Assembly: GCA_018819285.1 (NCBI GenBank)
Contig: JAHJQM010000029.1
Coordinates: forward strand, 280 to 64,279
Reading direction: 5' to 3'
From: Candidatus Omnitrophota bacterium
GTDB taxonomy: Bacteria > Omnitrophota > Gorgyraeia > Gorgyraeales > Gorgyraeaceae
DNA: 64,000 nucleotides
The translations under genes and the position numbers were made by a program. The notes beneath the pieces are model-generated. The model saw nothing but the letters and a program-made list of their open reading frames with translations, did not search any database and was not told the origin of the DNA. Positions 1-9,384 of the stretch are shown piece by piece (the stretch's first letter is position 1; each line of letters starts with the position of its first letter).

Positions 1-3000
1 ATAAGTATCTTTACTTAGCGTGTAAGTCTTGCTTGTAGCGCTTGCCTTATTTATTCTTGTCCCTTGGACATATGCAGTGCCTAAGGATATATCGCTTGTG
101 AGATTGGCTGATGTTGCAGGCTGTAATCCAGTTTCCACATATTCTGCGAAGTTTTCATAAAATCTTGTGGATGGAGAGATTACCAGTTGAGAATCGAGTA
201 TGCCCGCAGTTGCTGAAATATCAGCTGTTGTAATAGTGCCATCCGTTATCTCGGCTGATTCTATTGTCTGGCCTAATTTAGTAACAGTTGCTGATAAGGC
301 TGTATCTGCGACTTTACCTGCTGTTGCGATCTGGGACAGCTTTGTATCCGCAATGGCTGCATTTGCGTTGATATCCGCATCTACGATAGTGCCGTCACTG
401 ATCTCTCCTGATTCTATGGTTGCGCCTAAGGGTGTATTCGCAGTAGGAATTACACCTGCGCCTACAGGGATATTAGCAAGGTTTGTCAAGCTAGCACCAG
501 AAACTTTACCTGCTGTAGCAATCTGGCTAAGCTCTGAATCCGGCAAGGTTGTGGCTAAATCTAAAGAATTAGCATAGACATCCCCTTCTGAATCAACTGA
601 GAAGTTTGTCGCGCCTGCGCCTGTGGCCTGCATGTCAAAGAGTTTTGTATTAGCAACTGGGCTGGAAGAAGGTTTTATTAGTACAGGCGAAGCAACAGTA
701 TCTGTAAAGGTATTGGTTGAATTCTTCAGGACAACATTGCTAGAAAGCGCTGAGTCAGAAACCTTGCCTGCTGTTGCGATAGTAGCTAATTTTGTGTCAA
801 CTATACCTGCGTCGGCTGCCACTTCAGTATTTGTAATTGCCAGGTTAAGTTTTGACTGGGCTATTGCTGCGGTGTTAGAAACATCTGCATCTACAATTGT
901 TCCATCCAGAATCTTCGCTGATGTTATTGACGAATCAGCAATCTGGCCTCCTCCAATAGAACCAGCTTTTACCGCTAATTTATTTGAGACAATCCCAATA
1001 GTAGCGTCATCATAATCCACTGACATGCCATTTGCGCCTTTAGTAATACCCTGATTAGCGCTAAGTTTTACATCTAAGGCATTATCAGTAATTGCAAGCC
1101 CTGGATTTGTTGCAGCAAGATTTACCTGAATACCTGAATTATTTGTAATCGCACCTGCTGCATTAAGCTGCACTGCTGTACCAGCGACTTTATTGGCTGT
1201 TGTAATCTGATTTAACGAACTGTCAGATATGCCCTGAATAGTATTATTTGCGCCGTTGATAGTTTTATTAGTGAGTATCTGGCTGCCTGCCAAAGTAGCA
1301 ACAACAGTATTATCTACGCTTATTATTGTACCGCTATTTGTAAGGCCTGTGCCCCATGTATAAGCTGTGGCGCCTGAAAATGCGACCCAGCTTGCGCCAT
1401 TATAAACATAGCCTGCATTATCTGCCCTGTTAAATACTGCATAGCTTTGCAGGGGCGCTGTGAAATCCCATGTTGAACCATTATAAACAGCAATTTTGTT
1501 ATCTTGTCCGTTCCATACGTCTATACCAGTTGACTTAACTATGTATCTCGCTCCATTTGCAGGGCTTGCCGGAGGAGTTGTTTGTATCGCTATTACAGGA
1601 TCTTTCCAGTGAAGACCTGCTATAGCGTTATCAACATATGTCTTGTTAGCTGCATCACCGCCTTGATTAGGGACGCCCAAATCTGTTACCTTATTGCCTC
1701 CCATCTGAATATCCGCAGCCATGATGCCAAGGGTTGTATCTGTTCCCTGGGTATGACTTTTTGTTATAGCGTCATTTATATTTGCGCTGTCTAATAATTT
1801 TGAGGTCTGAATCCCTGCTGTTCCAGAAACCATTGCATCTGTAAGGCCGCCAACCGGGATAATGCCTGCTGTACCAGCGCCTGCTGTAGGTAAATCAGTC
1901 GCTGAATGGCTATGCGAAAAATTGGCTGCGCCTATATCACCGGCTGATAAATTATTAGCGCCTATTTTATATTTTGCGCCGCCTGGGATATTGACGCCTG
2001 CAAAAGTATCTGTTGCGCCAGCCTGCCCTGCAATATTTAAATAATTGCCGGTGGTATCATAAGTGATGTTAACATTGCCGGAACCTCCGCCACCTATGAT
2101 ATAGCCTGATCCCTGCGCTGGTTCTGTTACGCCTCCTGTCAAGCCTGTATTAACTCCAAATGTAGCGTTTGAAGTGCCGCTCGTGGATGTAGGGCCAATC
2201 AGATTTGCTGCGGTCAATGTGCCTGCAATATTCACACTACTAGAGAAGTCAAATTGATTAAGGGTCTTGTTCCATTTGAGAAATTTATCATTAGGGGATA
2301 CCCCATTCCCAAAACTCAGCTTAATATCATTATCAGCAGGGCTTAAAATAGACGCTATTGCAAAATCTTGAGAAGTTGTGCCAGGCGCGCCCAATAACCC
2401 TCCGTCTTCATCATTTCCGTGATGATGGGGCGCGATATTTCCAACGATAGTTGGAGACGCAAAAAATCTCCAGCGTTCATATTGAAACACGTCTCCTGTG
2501 GCAGGAAATTTAATATCTATGCCTATATCCTGGCCGGTTGAAGATATCAGTGAAACTGTTGAACCCCTGCTCATATCCTGTCCCCAGTTGCCATACCAGT
2601 TATAAGTACCGGCAGTAGCAGAATTGGGATTCCACATAATGCTCCATCCGAATTTCGTAGGAGGAAGAATAGGATTGCCTTCATTATCAAACGTGACTTC
2701 TGTCCAGATTTCAACATTCTGCGCAGAAGAAAATAGCGCAGAGCTCAATTCTCCGCTCATCGTAATATTAAGAGTGCCCTGATTGTTTGGATCGCGCATA
2801 GGAGGCGAGATATAAGCCTTTGATCTTTGCCCTATAATTTCTGAAAGTTTGATTATACCTGTGTTTGAATCCACAAAAGTCAATTCACCTGTCACGGGAT
2901 CTTTGAATATACGAGCCTCGCTGGGTTTATATGACGCCTCCTTATTGAAACTGTTATAGGTGGACTGTTCAGGAGACATGCCATATGCCTTAAATTCCCA

Positions 3001-6000
3001 CTGGTCTCCGCCTTTAAACCCTGTAGTATCGCTAAATCTTATCTTTATGCCAAAATTCAGATCAGTATCATTTGCGGAGATTGTCAGTCCTGGGCTAGCA
3101 GGATACCATGTTTCAGTCCATGGCTGCCAGGAAGTAGAAGCCCATTCATTCATAGGGTCAATACATTCCACATAACGATATTTAATGTAAGGCGATGGGG
3201 TGTCATAAGCACCCATGACTCTTACCTGGAATTTTCTCATAACCCTTTCTACGTAGTTTCCGCTCACATCCATCTTTACAGAGCCTGGATTAAGCGGAGC
3301 TGCTTGGGTAGAATGAATATTGATAAAGTCGTATGGCACTCGGTCAACTGTGCCGCTTCCGCCTGCTGTTCCGCTCATGCCAGGATCTTCTGAAAAGAAA
3401 TCTATACCTCTTGTCCTTACAAACTGATCAACTGAAAGAATTCCGCCTCTGCCATCAGCAGAACGGCCGATTTTCATTGTTCCATATATTGACTGATCTC
3501 CTGTATCAATTATTGAAGTTGGAGAATATTTCGGCAAAACTTTTCCTTCTACTAATTGCACAGCGTCAAACCGCGCAAACTCAGTATCATTAGCACCGCT
3601 GGTCTGCTGGCAAAGTAAAAAGATATCGACATCTGAACCAATGCCATCTGTTTTAAAAGAACCTTTATTTTCAACAAAAGTAGAGCTCGAACTTACCAAT
3701 GGTTTAAACGTACCTCTTACAACTGCATTATTTGCATGGTTGGCAGCTGTAGTATTATTAATACCTCGCATAACGTTTGTAAATGAGATATCTGTTTTTC
3801 CTGTGTAATTAAATAATTCATCGTCTATTAATATTGTGCCACCTTGGGGAAAATTTGAAGTGCTTGTCACTAAGATAGTAGCTGTAGAGCTCCCGTCCAA
3901 AGTAGCGCTTGCGCTTACTCCTGATGTTATAGTTGTGCTTGGCACATAGTGGCCTGAGATATCAAGTATTGCCTTTGTAGTAACAGGATTAGTGCTCATT
4001 AAAGCAGCGCCTATAGAATACCATGTATTTGGTTCAAGGCCTGTCATTGTCTGTTTTATGCCTGCGTCATTACCGCTACCAGGCGCCCCTATTAAATAAT
4101 TTAAACCTCTTTTACCAACCCATTCATTTATTGCAACTGCGGATTTACCGTCAAAAAAGTCTGTGTTAAATGTTCCTGTATTGCCGGTTCCTGTCTTAAA
4201 AAGAGCTGGGGAGTGCTGGGCAATCTTTCCTTCTACCCATATCCATTCATCAGGCGCAAAGTTACTCCATCCGCCCCTATACCCTGTAGTAGTGTCATTA
4301 TAAACTCCTGTCTGAGCATAAGATGGGTCATATCCTGCAAATTTTTCAAACCCGGAAAACGCCTCAAATGAACCATTTTTTATTGCATTTCTAAAATCAT
4401 GCGCGAGCCTTCCGCCTGCTTCTATCTGAAATACTGCATCGCCTACTGTCGGGTCATATATATTAAAAGAACCATCTGAAGAGATATCAAAAAGCGCTTT
4501 TTCGTATTTAGCGAAGTCAACGCCTGGCTGAGGAATACTGACCACGCTGAATTTTTGTTTAGAGTAGCTGGCATCGTTCAATACATCAGGATCTAATTTA
4601 ATCGCATAATACTGGTTATATCTTCCTGTATTTACATCCCTATTCACTCCAAAGTTTAAATATGCAGGAGATGCGGTTGGTATGACTGCCTGGTCTGAAA
4701 AAATAAATGCGCCTAAACCATCTGTCCCTGCGTCTGTATCATACCAGAGGTACTGATAATTACCCTCGTTGATACCAAGCTTTAGGACGCCGTCTGAATC
4801 AGAATCTGCGCCGCCGCCTAGCTTAGCAGTATTTGTAGCTATTGCAAGCGATGCGCTTGCATTTGATTGTGTAATGGATGAAAGCGCGTCTCCGCCGCTT
4901 GTATCGATCTGCACATCGCCATCTGCTTCTACTGTCAGATGCGAAAGCGCTGTAGAATCTTGGATCTCGAGAAGGTTTGCGGTCTGTCCTCCCATGCCTT
5001 TTAAAATTAAAGGCGTTGCTGTGGTGTCAGCTGCTGTGATAGTCTGGGTTGATGCAGGAGCGAGCACGGGCACGCCTGTTAATACGAAATCTAATTTGCC
5101 TCCGGCATCATCATAAGTCACGTCAATATTAGTTTCAGTATTGCCAGTTACCATGCCTCCCGCGTAATCTTCAACCTGTTCCTGGTTAAGCACAGTATCT
5201 ACGTACGAAGAAGTTATTGTTATTGTATTTGCTCCATCATCTGGCGTAATAGTAACATTTGGACCTGCTACCAGGTCTATGTTCCCGCCGTCATTTGTAA
5301 CGCTATTTATGGAAGACACGACATTTACATTTAAATCAGCTGCTGTCAAAGAGTCGTTTACCACGGAAGCAGAGTTCACTGAAGCAGTACTTACAAGGCC
5401 TACGTTATCCACGCTAAATTTGGATGAGCCTCCTACCTGAAGGTCTAAAAGTTTATTGCCTGCTCCTGGCGCTGAGGTTTCTGTAACGTTTAATTTTATA
5501 CCTGTGTAATCGCCTGAAGTGGCTTTATTAATCGTAGCTGCTAAATCATACGCCGATTCATCCCCTGTTGCGGCCGAACGCGTTACTGTCGAAGTTACGC
5601 CATAGCCTGATGCTGGAGACAGGTCAAGGTTTATACCACTTGTAACAATACTTGTACCTGCAGTGCTTAAAGTTATATCCCCTGTCACTGTCCCGCCTGC
5701 CAATGGCAGATAATTTGATGCGGTAATATCATTTGCCACTTCATCATCAGCCCATGGATGAGCTGTATTATCCCAGTCTCCTGTAATAGTTTCCGTGGAA
5801 TTTAGTTTCGGAATATTTGATGAATCTGAAAGATCGCTTGAAGCTATTTGAGAACCGTTGATTTTATAGTTTGCGCCTGCAGGAATATTTATGCCGCCAG
5901 TGACCCCTGCTATATCCAGATTACTTGTACCAGAATTAACTTTGATAGTAACGTCGCTGCCTGTGCCGCCTTCAATAACAAGGCCTGCTCCGTTTGCAGC

Positions 6001-8076
6001 AGCTAAACCAGCATTGTCTGAGTCTATCGTAAATGTAAGATTTGTAGTAGAGACTTCATCGCCTGAAGCGCTTGAGGCAAAAGTTATAGTATTGGCAGTG
6101 TCATTTGGCGTAATTGTCATATTTGCGCCTTCCACAAAATCTATATCACCACCGTCATTGGTTACGCCGTCTATTGAAGAAACTACATTGCCTGAAAGCG
6201 TCCCCACTGCATGGGTATGAAGGCTATCAGCGTTGGAAACAGCGCCTGCTGTAAGCGTAGTAAGATTAGCAGCTGTAACTCCTGCGCCTGCGCTGGCTAG
6301 TTTATTCAGTTCGGCTGCTGTTGAAGTAACCTGCGTATCGCCTATATAAAAAGTTGTGGTATTTATAGCGCCAGAAACATTAAGTTTATACGTATCTGTT
6401 GTAGTTGTGCCTATCCCTACGTTATCTGTAATGGTCAAGAGATATATTCCTGTGCCGCCATCTGTCCAGCCACCTGCTGTTGCTGGCGTAACATTATCCG
6501 CGTATGCCTTTGTTACTGCATGACTAGCAGCAGTAGGGGTTGCTACTGATACTGTGCCTGCGAATGACGCGTTCCCTGAATTATCTACATAGAAGGCTTG
6601 TGTTGTACCGTCTAGGCCTGCATACGCGTCTATCAGGTAATTATCTCCTGTTGGAAGGCTTGTTTCTGTGGCTTGAATTTTTAGAGCAGTGTAAGAACCA
6701 GTTTTTGTAGCGCCTGTATAATTTACAGTTGGAGCAACATTTAAACCAATCGCAGTGGTTGTTGAATTTATTCCGCCATCTTGAAATGTTGGCTGAATAC
6801 TGGCTAAAGTTGGTGTTCCTGACGTGGAAGAATCTGTCTTTGAGACAGCAAAATTATCTGCAACAGTTAATACGCCTGTAGAATTAGAAACATTCCCTTT
6901 TAAGTCAGAAGCGCCTGTTACAGTAAGGCTGGCTAAAGTTGTATCGCCTAAAGACGTAGTGCCGCTTGAAGAGATATCCCCATAGATAGTACCGTCAACT
7001 TCTAAATCGCCCTGCACATACAGTTCCCCTGTAGAAAGCGCATATGCATTTGATGCCTCGCTCGCGCCTATTATTACTCTCTGACCTGCAAATTGCGCAG
7101 CAGGGCCTGTGGACGCCTGGTTTATATCCAGGGCGGCTGATGTGCCTGAATAATCCAAGTCAATATTTGAATTCATGTCGAGAGCGCTATTCAACATAGC
7201 TGCGCCGCTAACTGTTAAAGCGCCTGTTACATCCAAGCCATTGTTTGCGTCTACATTACCTCCGAATGTAACCTGGTTACTAGCGCCGATCTGAGTCAAC
7301 GCATCTGCTATAGTAACTGCTCCGCTTGAATTAGAAATATTTCCGCGTAAATCAGAAGTGTTTGTTACTACAATGCTTGAAAACGTGCTGTTGCCGCCGG
7401 TAGAAGCAATTGTGCCATAGATAGTCCCTGCAACTGTTAAATCATTTGACATGTTAACATTTCCAGTATCATTATCGACCAGCAAAAAGTTAGTTGTGCC
7501 GTCTGTGATTTTAAAATCGCCTGAAGTGGAATCAATAGTTATGACTACATCCCCTGTTCCTGTAGGATTTACTTCTATGTTTTGATTCGGCCCTCCTGTA
7601 AGAGACAATGCGCCTGTTGGAGCGCTGGCCAAAAAATCAGACGCGTCATAGCCATCCAGCTTATCTGCGTTTATAGCATACGCTACTGATGTAAGCCGCT
7701 GTCTGGGCGTCATTTCGCCATCTGACTCTACTTCCACAGAATACCAGTAAGGCGCATTAAAATCCAAGCTATCCAATACCTCGCTATTTCCAAGTAATAT
7801 ACTGAATATACCCCTGGTAACAGTAGCCGATTGAGTCTCTGTCCATAGCTTAATACCGCCTGATTCTGCGTCATATATCCTGATAGTGATACTAACATCA
7901 CCTGTGACAGGATCATCATTGGCATCTGTGAGCTTGCCTTGATAATTAATAAACCTGGGTATTTGAGCTTGCGCCCCAGGCGGCGCAATCGCTATAAACG
8001 ATAACATAAAGATCAGCACCAAAATATGCCAAAATCTCATTCCTCTTAAAATCCTTTTCATTGTCATGGTAATCAT
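1..8076 (-). CDS. Giant secreted phage-tail-fibre-like adhesin, >2692 aa, 3' end beyond the window edge
   Basis: Absent from the ORF track (no stop in window). ATG at 8076 after SD AGGAGG; manual translation gives a signal peptide then QIPRFINYQGKLTDANDDPV...WTETQ...MTPRQRLTSVAYAINADKLDG; the same frame is still open at base 1 (..KTYTLSKDTY). Fibre motifs NVGIGTT, AVTKAYAD, YLPLAGGTVTG, HxH, DUF2793-like segment. Not every codon was checked. Confidence 0.88.
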   Translation of the reverse strand, partial: MITMTMKRILRGMRFWHILVLIFMLSFIAIAPPGAQAQIPRFINYQGKLTDANDDPVTGDVSITIRIYDAESGGIKLWTETQSATVTRGIFSILLGNSEVLDSLDFNAPYWYSVEVESDGEMTPRQRLTSVAYAINADKLDGYDASDFLASAPTGALSLTGGPNQNIEVNPTGTGDVVITIDSTSGDFKITDGTTNFLLVDNDTGNVNMSNDLTVAGTIYGTIASTGGNSTFSSIVVTNTSDLRGNISNSSGAVTIADALTQIGASNQVTFGGNVDANNGLDVTGALTVSGAAMLNSALDMNSNIDLDYSGTSAALDINQASTGPAAQFAGQRVIIGASEASNAYALSTGELYVQGDLEVDGTIYGDISSSGTTSLGDTTLASLTVTGASDLKGNVSNSTGVLTVADNFAVSKTDSSTSGTPTLASIQPTFQDGGINSTTTAIGLNVAPTVNYTGATKTGSYTALKIQATETSLPTGDNYLIDAYAGLDGTTQAFYVDNSGNASFAGTVSVATPTAASHAVTKAYADNVTPATAGGWTDGGTGIYLLTITDNVGIGTTTTDTYKLNVSGAINTTTFYIGDTQVTSTAAELNKLASAGAGVTAANLTTLTAGAVSNADSLHTHAVGTLSGNVVSSIDGVTNDGGDIDFVEGANMTITPNDTANTITFASSASGDEVSTTNLTFTIDSDNAGLAAANGAGLVIEGGTGSDVTIKVNSGTSNLDIAGVTGGINIPAGANYKINGSQIASSDLSDSSNIPKLNSTETITGDWDNTAHPWADDEVANDITASNYLPLAGGTVTGDITLSTAGTSIVTSGINLDLSPASGYGVTSTVTRSAATGDESAYDLAATINKATSGDYTGIKLNVTETSAPGAGNKLLDLQVGGSSKFSVDNVGLVSTASVNSASVVNDSLTAADLNVNVVSSINSVTNDGGNIDLVAGPNVTITPDDGANTITITSSYVDTVLNQEQVEDYAGGMVTGNTETNIDVTYDDAGGKLDFVLTGVPVLAPASTQTITAADTTATPLILKGMGGQTANLLEIQDSTALSHLTVEADGDVQIDTSGGDALSSITQSNASASLAIATNTAKLGGGADSDSDGVLKLGINEGNYQYLWYDTDAGTDGLGAFIFSDQAVIPTASPAYLNFGVNRDVNTGRYNQYYAIKLDPDVLNDASYSKQKFSVVSIPQPGVDFAKYEKALFDISSDGSFNIYDPTVGDAVFQIEAGGRLAHDFRNAIKNGSFEAFSGFEKFAGYDPSYAQTGVYNDTTTGYRGGWSNFAPDEWIWVEGKIAQHSPALFKTGTGNTGTFNTDFFDGKSAVAINEWVGKRGLNYLIGAPGSGNDAGIKQTMTGLEPNTWYSIGAALMSTNPVTTKAILDISGHYVPSTTITSGVSASATLDGSSTATILVTSTSNFPQGGTILIDDELFNYTGKTDISFTNVMRGINNTTAANHANNAVVRGTFKPLVSSSSTFVENKGSFKTDGIGSDVDIFLLCQQTSGANDTEFARFDAVQLVEGKVLPKYSPTSIIDTGDQSIYGTMKIGRSADGRGGILSVDQFVRTRGIDFFSEDPGMSGTAGGSGTVDRVPYDFINIHSTQAAPLNPGSVKMDVSGNYVERVMRKFQVRVMGAYDTPSPYIKYRYVECIDPMNEWASTSWQPWTETWYPASPGLTISANDTDLNFGIKIRFSDTTGFKGGDQWEFKAYGMSPEQSTYNSFNKEASYKPSEARIFKDPVTGELTFVDSNTGIIKLSEIIGQRSKAYISPPMRDPNNQGTLNITMSGELSSALFSSAQNVEIWTEVTFDNEGNPILPPTKFGWSIMWNPNSATAGTYNWYGNWGQDMSRGSTVSLISSTGQDIGIDIKFPATGDVFQYERWRFFASPTIVGNIAPHHHGNDEDGGLLGAPGTTSQDFAIASILSPADNDIKLSFGNGVSPNDKFLKWNKTLNQFDFSSSVNIAGTLTAANLIGPTSTSGTSNATFGVNTGLTGGVTEPAQGSGYIIGGGGSGNVNITYDTTGNYLNIAGQAGATDTFAGVNIPGGAKYKIGANNLSAGDIGAANFSHSHSATDLPTAGAGTAGIIPVGGLTDAMVSGTAGIQTSKLLDSANINDAITKSHTQGTDTTLGIMAADIQMGGNKVTDLGVPNQGGDAANKTYVDNAIAGLHWKDPVIAIQTTPPASPANGARYIVKSTGIDVWNGQDNKIAVYNGSTWDFTAPLQSYAVFNRADNAGYVYNGASWVAFSGATAYTWGTGLTNSGTIISVDNTVVATLAGSQILTNKTINGANNTIQGISDSSLNQITTANKVAGTAVQLNAAGAITNNSGIQVNLAATNPGLAITDNALDVKLSANQGITKGANGMSVDYDDATIGIVSNKLAVKAGSIGGGQIADSSITSAKILDGTIVDADVSNTAAIAQSKLNLAITNTEVAADAGIVDTKLATIATAGKVSDSALSSNVVLKNSTNTFTDTVASPVLIKPSSSPVANTKLFDMQATGAGATNFSVDSEGDVYANSLDLATTLPDSELSQIATAGKVSGASLTNLANIPVGAGVIPTANTPLGATIESGEISDGTIVDADINANAAIADTKLSQIATAGKVADTALSATVTKLGQTIESAEITDGTITTADISATAGILDSQLVISPSTRFYENFAEYVETGLQPATSANLTSDISLGTAYVQGTRINKASATSKTYTLSKDTY

Positions 8077-8148
8077 TTTAACCGCCTCCTTTTTAGGAGG
8101 TAACTGCAGAGCTCGCTCCATATAGAGCAAGCGCTGTAGTTACACCCG

Positions 8149-8763
8149 TCAAAGCTCTTTGCTATTTTTCTCTTCACCTGTCTTTCCACTGGAAAGCACA
8201 GGAATATTTCCAGGAATAACCTTCCATTTCTTGCTCATCATTTCACCGTTACTTACAGGAGTAGCAGAGCGAACGCCAGTAAACTCCGCGCCAGAATTCG
8301 ATATCAATTTTGCAACCTGTTTTATATTTTTATTATTCGTATAAACCACAAATATAGCAGTTACCAAAACAAATACGGAAATAAAAGATAAAACCGCAAG
8401 GTCATATCTAAATCTCTTAGGTGCGCCAGAAGGAATACTGGCAACCTCGGCATCAATATTGTTCGAGCGGTCAGGAGAGTATGCTGCGGAAGCAGAGTCG
8501 AGAACCTTCTGTCCTAGTATTATCTTTTCCAATTCTTCCAGCCCTTCAAAATTTTTATTCAACTTGTAATATTTTAAATTGGCCTCTTCTTCAGTAATCA
8601 AAATTCCAATATTAGTTAATTTCATAAGCTGCCTTCTCAGTGGGCTTAATGATTCCTCTAATAATCTTTCTAGCTCTCTTAGATAATATCTATCATCTAT
8701 ATTAGAGAGAAATAATTTGAGAATTTTCAATCTGGTCTTTGAATTTACCAATTTCTCAATCAT
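8149..8763 (-). CDS. Winged-helix (ArsR-like) DNA-binding protein with a C-terminal transmembrane helix
   Basis: N-term SKTRLKILKLF..YYLRELERLL..LRRQLMKL..GIL..NLKYYKLN; hydrophobic LAVLSFISVFVLVTAIFVVY; SD AAGGAGG. Confidence 0.75.
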   Translation of the reverse strand: MIEKLVNSKTRLKILKLFLSNIDDRYYLRELERLLEESLSPLRRQLMKLTNIGILITEEEANLKYYKLNKNFEGLEELEKIILGQKVLDSASAAYSPDRSNNIDAEVASIPSGAPKRFRYDLAVLSFISVFVLVTAIFVVYTNNKNIKQVAKLISNSGAEFTGVRSATPVSNGEMMSKKWKVIPGNIPVLSSGKTGEEKNSKEL

Positions 8764-8790
8764 TTCTCCCTCCTTTCCGCCTGAAACATC

Positions 8791-8809
8791 TGTGCCCTTT
8801 TAGGGCACA
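8791..8809. promoter_or_regulatory. Perfect inverted repeat TGTGCCC-N5-GGGCACA, candidate operator or leader hairpin
   Basis: Seen just upstream of the RBS of the wHTH gene. Confidence 0.4.
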
Positions 8810-8894
8810 TTTAAGACAACAAGAAAATCGCCTTCGGCGATGACCTTCTGCGATTTTCAGTGGTTGGGAAAGTGTTTTATACTTTCCCAACCAT

Positions 8895-8928
8895 AAAAAA
8901 AGCTCATTTTTCCATCGAAAAATGAGCT
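8895..8928 (-). terminator. Intrinsic terminator, expression platform of the riboswitch
   Basis: AGCUCAUUUUUC-GAUG-GAAAAAUGAGCU followed by a U-tract on the minus strand. Confidence 0.85.
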
Positions 8929-8952
8929 ACTTTAAAACCTTTTATCTTATCC

Positions 8953-9040
8953 TTTTGGCAGCTGACAACCATGAGTCCCTCCGGACTATTAGGCTCTAAA
9001 GCTTTGCGCCCCATTCTTTCGAATGGTTTACCCTTATCAA
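8953..9040 (-). promoter_or_regulatory. Cyclic di-GMP-I (GEMM) riboswitch aptamer
   Basis: Minus strand AAGGGUAAACCAUUC-GAAA-GAAUGGGGCGCAAAGC...CCUAA...AUGGUUGUCAGCUGCC matches the GEMM-I core (GYAAAC, GAAA tetraloop, GCAAAGC, CUAA..AUGG receptor). Confidence 0.92.
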
Positions 9041-9078
9041 TGAGATTTTTTTTATTCCAACTTCTCTCTCTACTCAAA

Positions 9079-9107
9079 AGTATACCACATATTAGACCTC
9101 TAGTCAA
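9079..9107 (-). promoter_or_regulatory. Sigma70-type promoter P1
   Basis: TTGACT-17bp-TATACT with extended TG. Confidence 0.7.
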
Positions 9108-9163
9108 GATGTGTCCCCTCTCGAGTGAAAAAATACCTTTTTAAACGACTTTAACTAGTTTCA

Positions 9164-9192
9164 AGTATACCACCTCAAAAAATACTTGTCAA
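9164..9192 (-). promoter_or_regulatory. Sigma70-type promoter P2
   Basis: TTGACA-17bp-TATACT with extended TG. Confidence 0.7.
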
Positions 9193-9225
9193 TATATTGT
9201 GGATATTTTTTCTTAACCCACTATA

Positions 9226-9255
9226 AGTATAATACATTTCAATATGTTGTGTCAA
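9226..9255 (-). promoter_or_regulatory. Sigma70-type promoter P3
   Basis: TTGACA-18bp-TATACT. Confidence 0.55.
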
Positions 9256-9340
9256 TAAAAATTATGCACACAATTAGCATTCTACGGCCTATTAACTCTA
9301 TTCTACGCCTTTATGCTCTAAGTAACTCCCGGTAACTCGT

Positions 9341-9375
9341 AAGTTGACACTCTAACAATGTTAGAGTGTCAACTT
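9341..9375. repeat. REP-like palindrome family A, copy 1 (perfect 16-bp arms)
   Basis: aagttgacactctaac-aat-gttagagtgtcaactt. Confidence 0.95.
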
Positions 9376-9384
9376 GTTTGAGTT

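Noticed and set aside
200-7988. Plus-strand ORFs 200-6220 and the 86-aa minus ORF 7728-7988
   Set aside because: Antisense or out-of-frame shadows of the giant fibre gene
1-8076. Prophage tail gene
   Set aside because: Has a Sec signal peptide and a host riboswitch leader; no phage genes in the window
8904-9107. 67-aa minus-strand ORF
   Set aside because: Starts at the TTG of a -35 box and runs through the riboswitch and terminator; non-coding leader
9341-9375. Resemblance of TTGACACTC-N11-GAGTGTCAA to the CIRCE/HrcA operator (TTAGCACTC-N9-GAGTGCTAA)
   Set aside because: Spacer is 11 not 9, arms differ, copies lie at gene 3' ends and none precede chaperone genes
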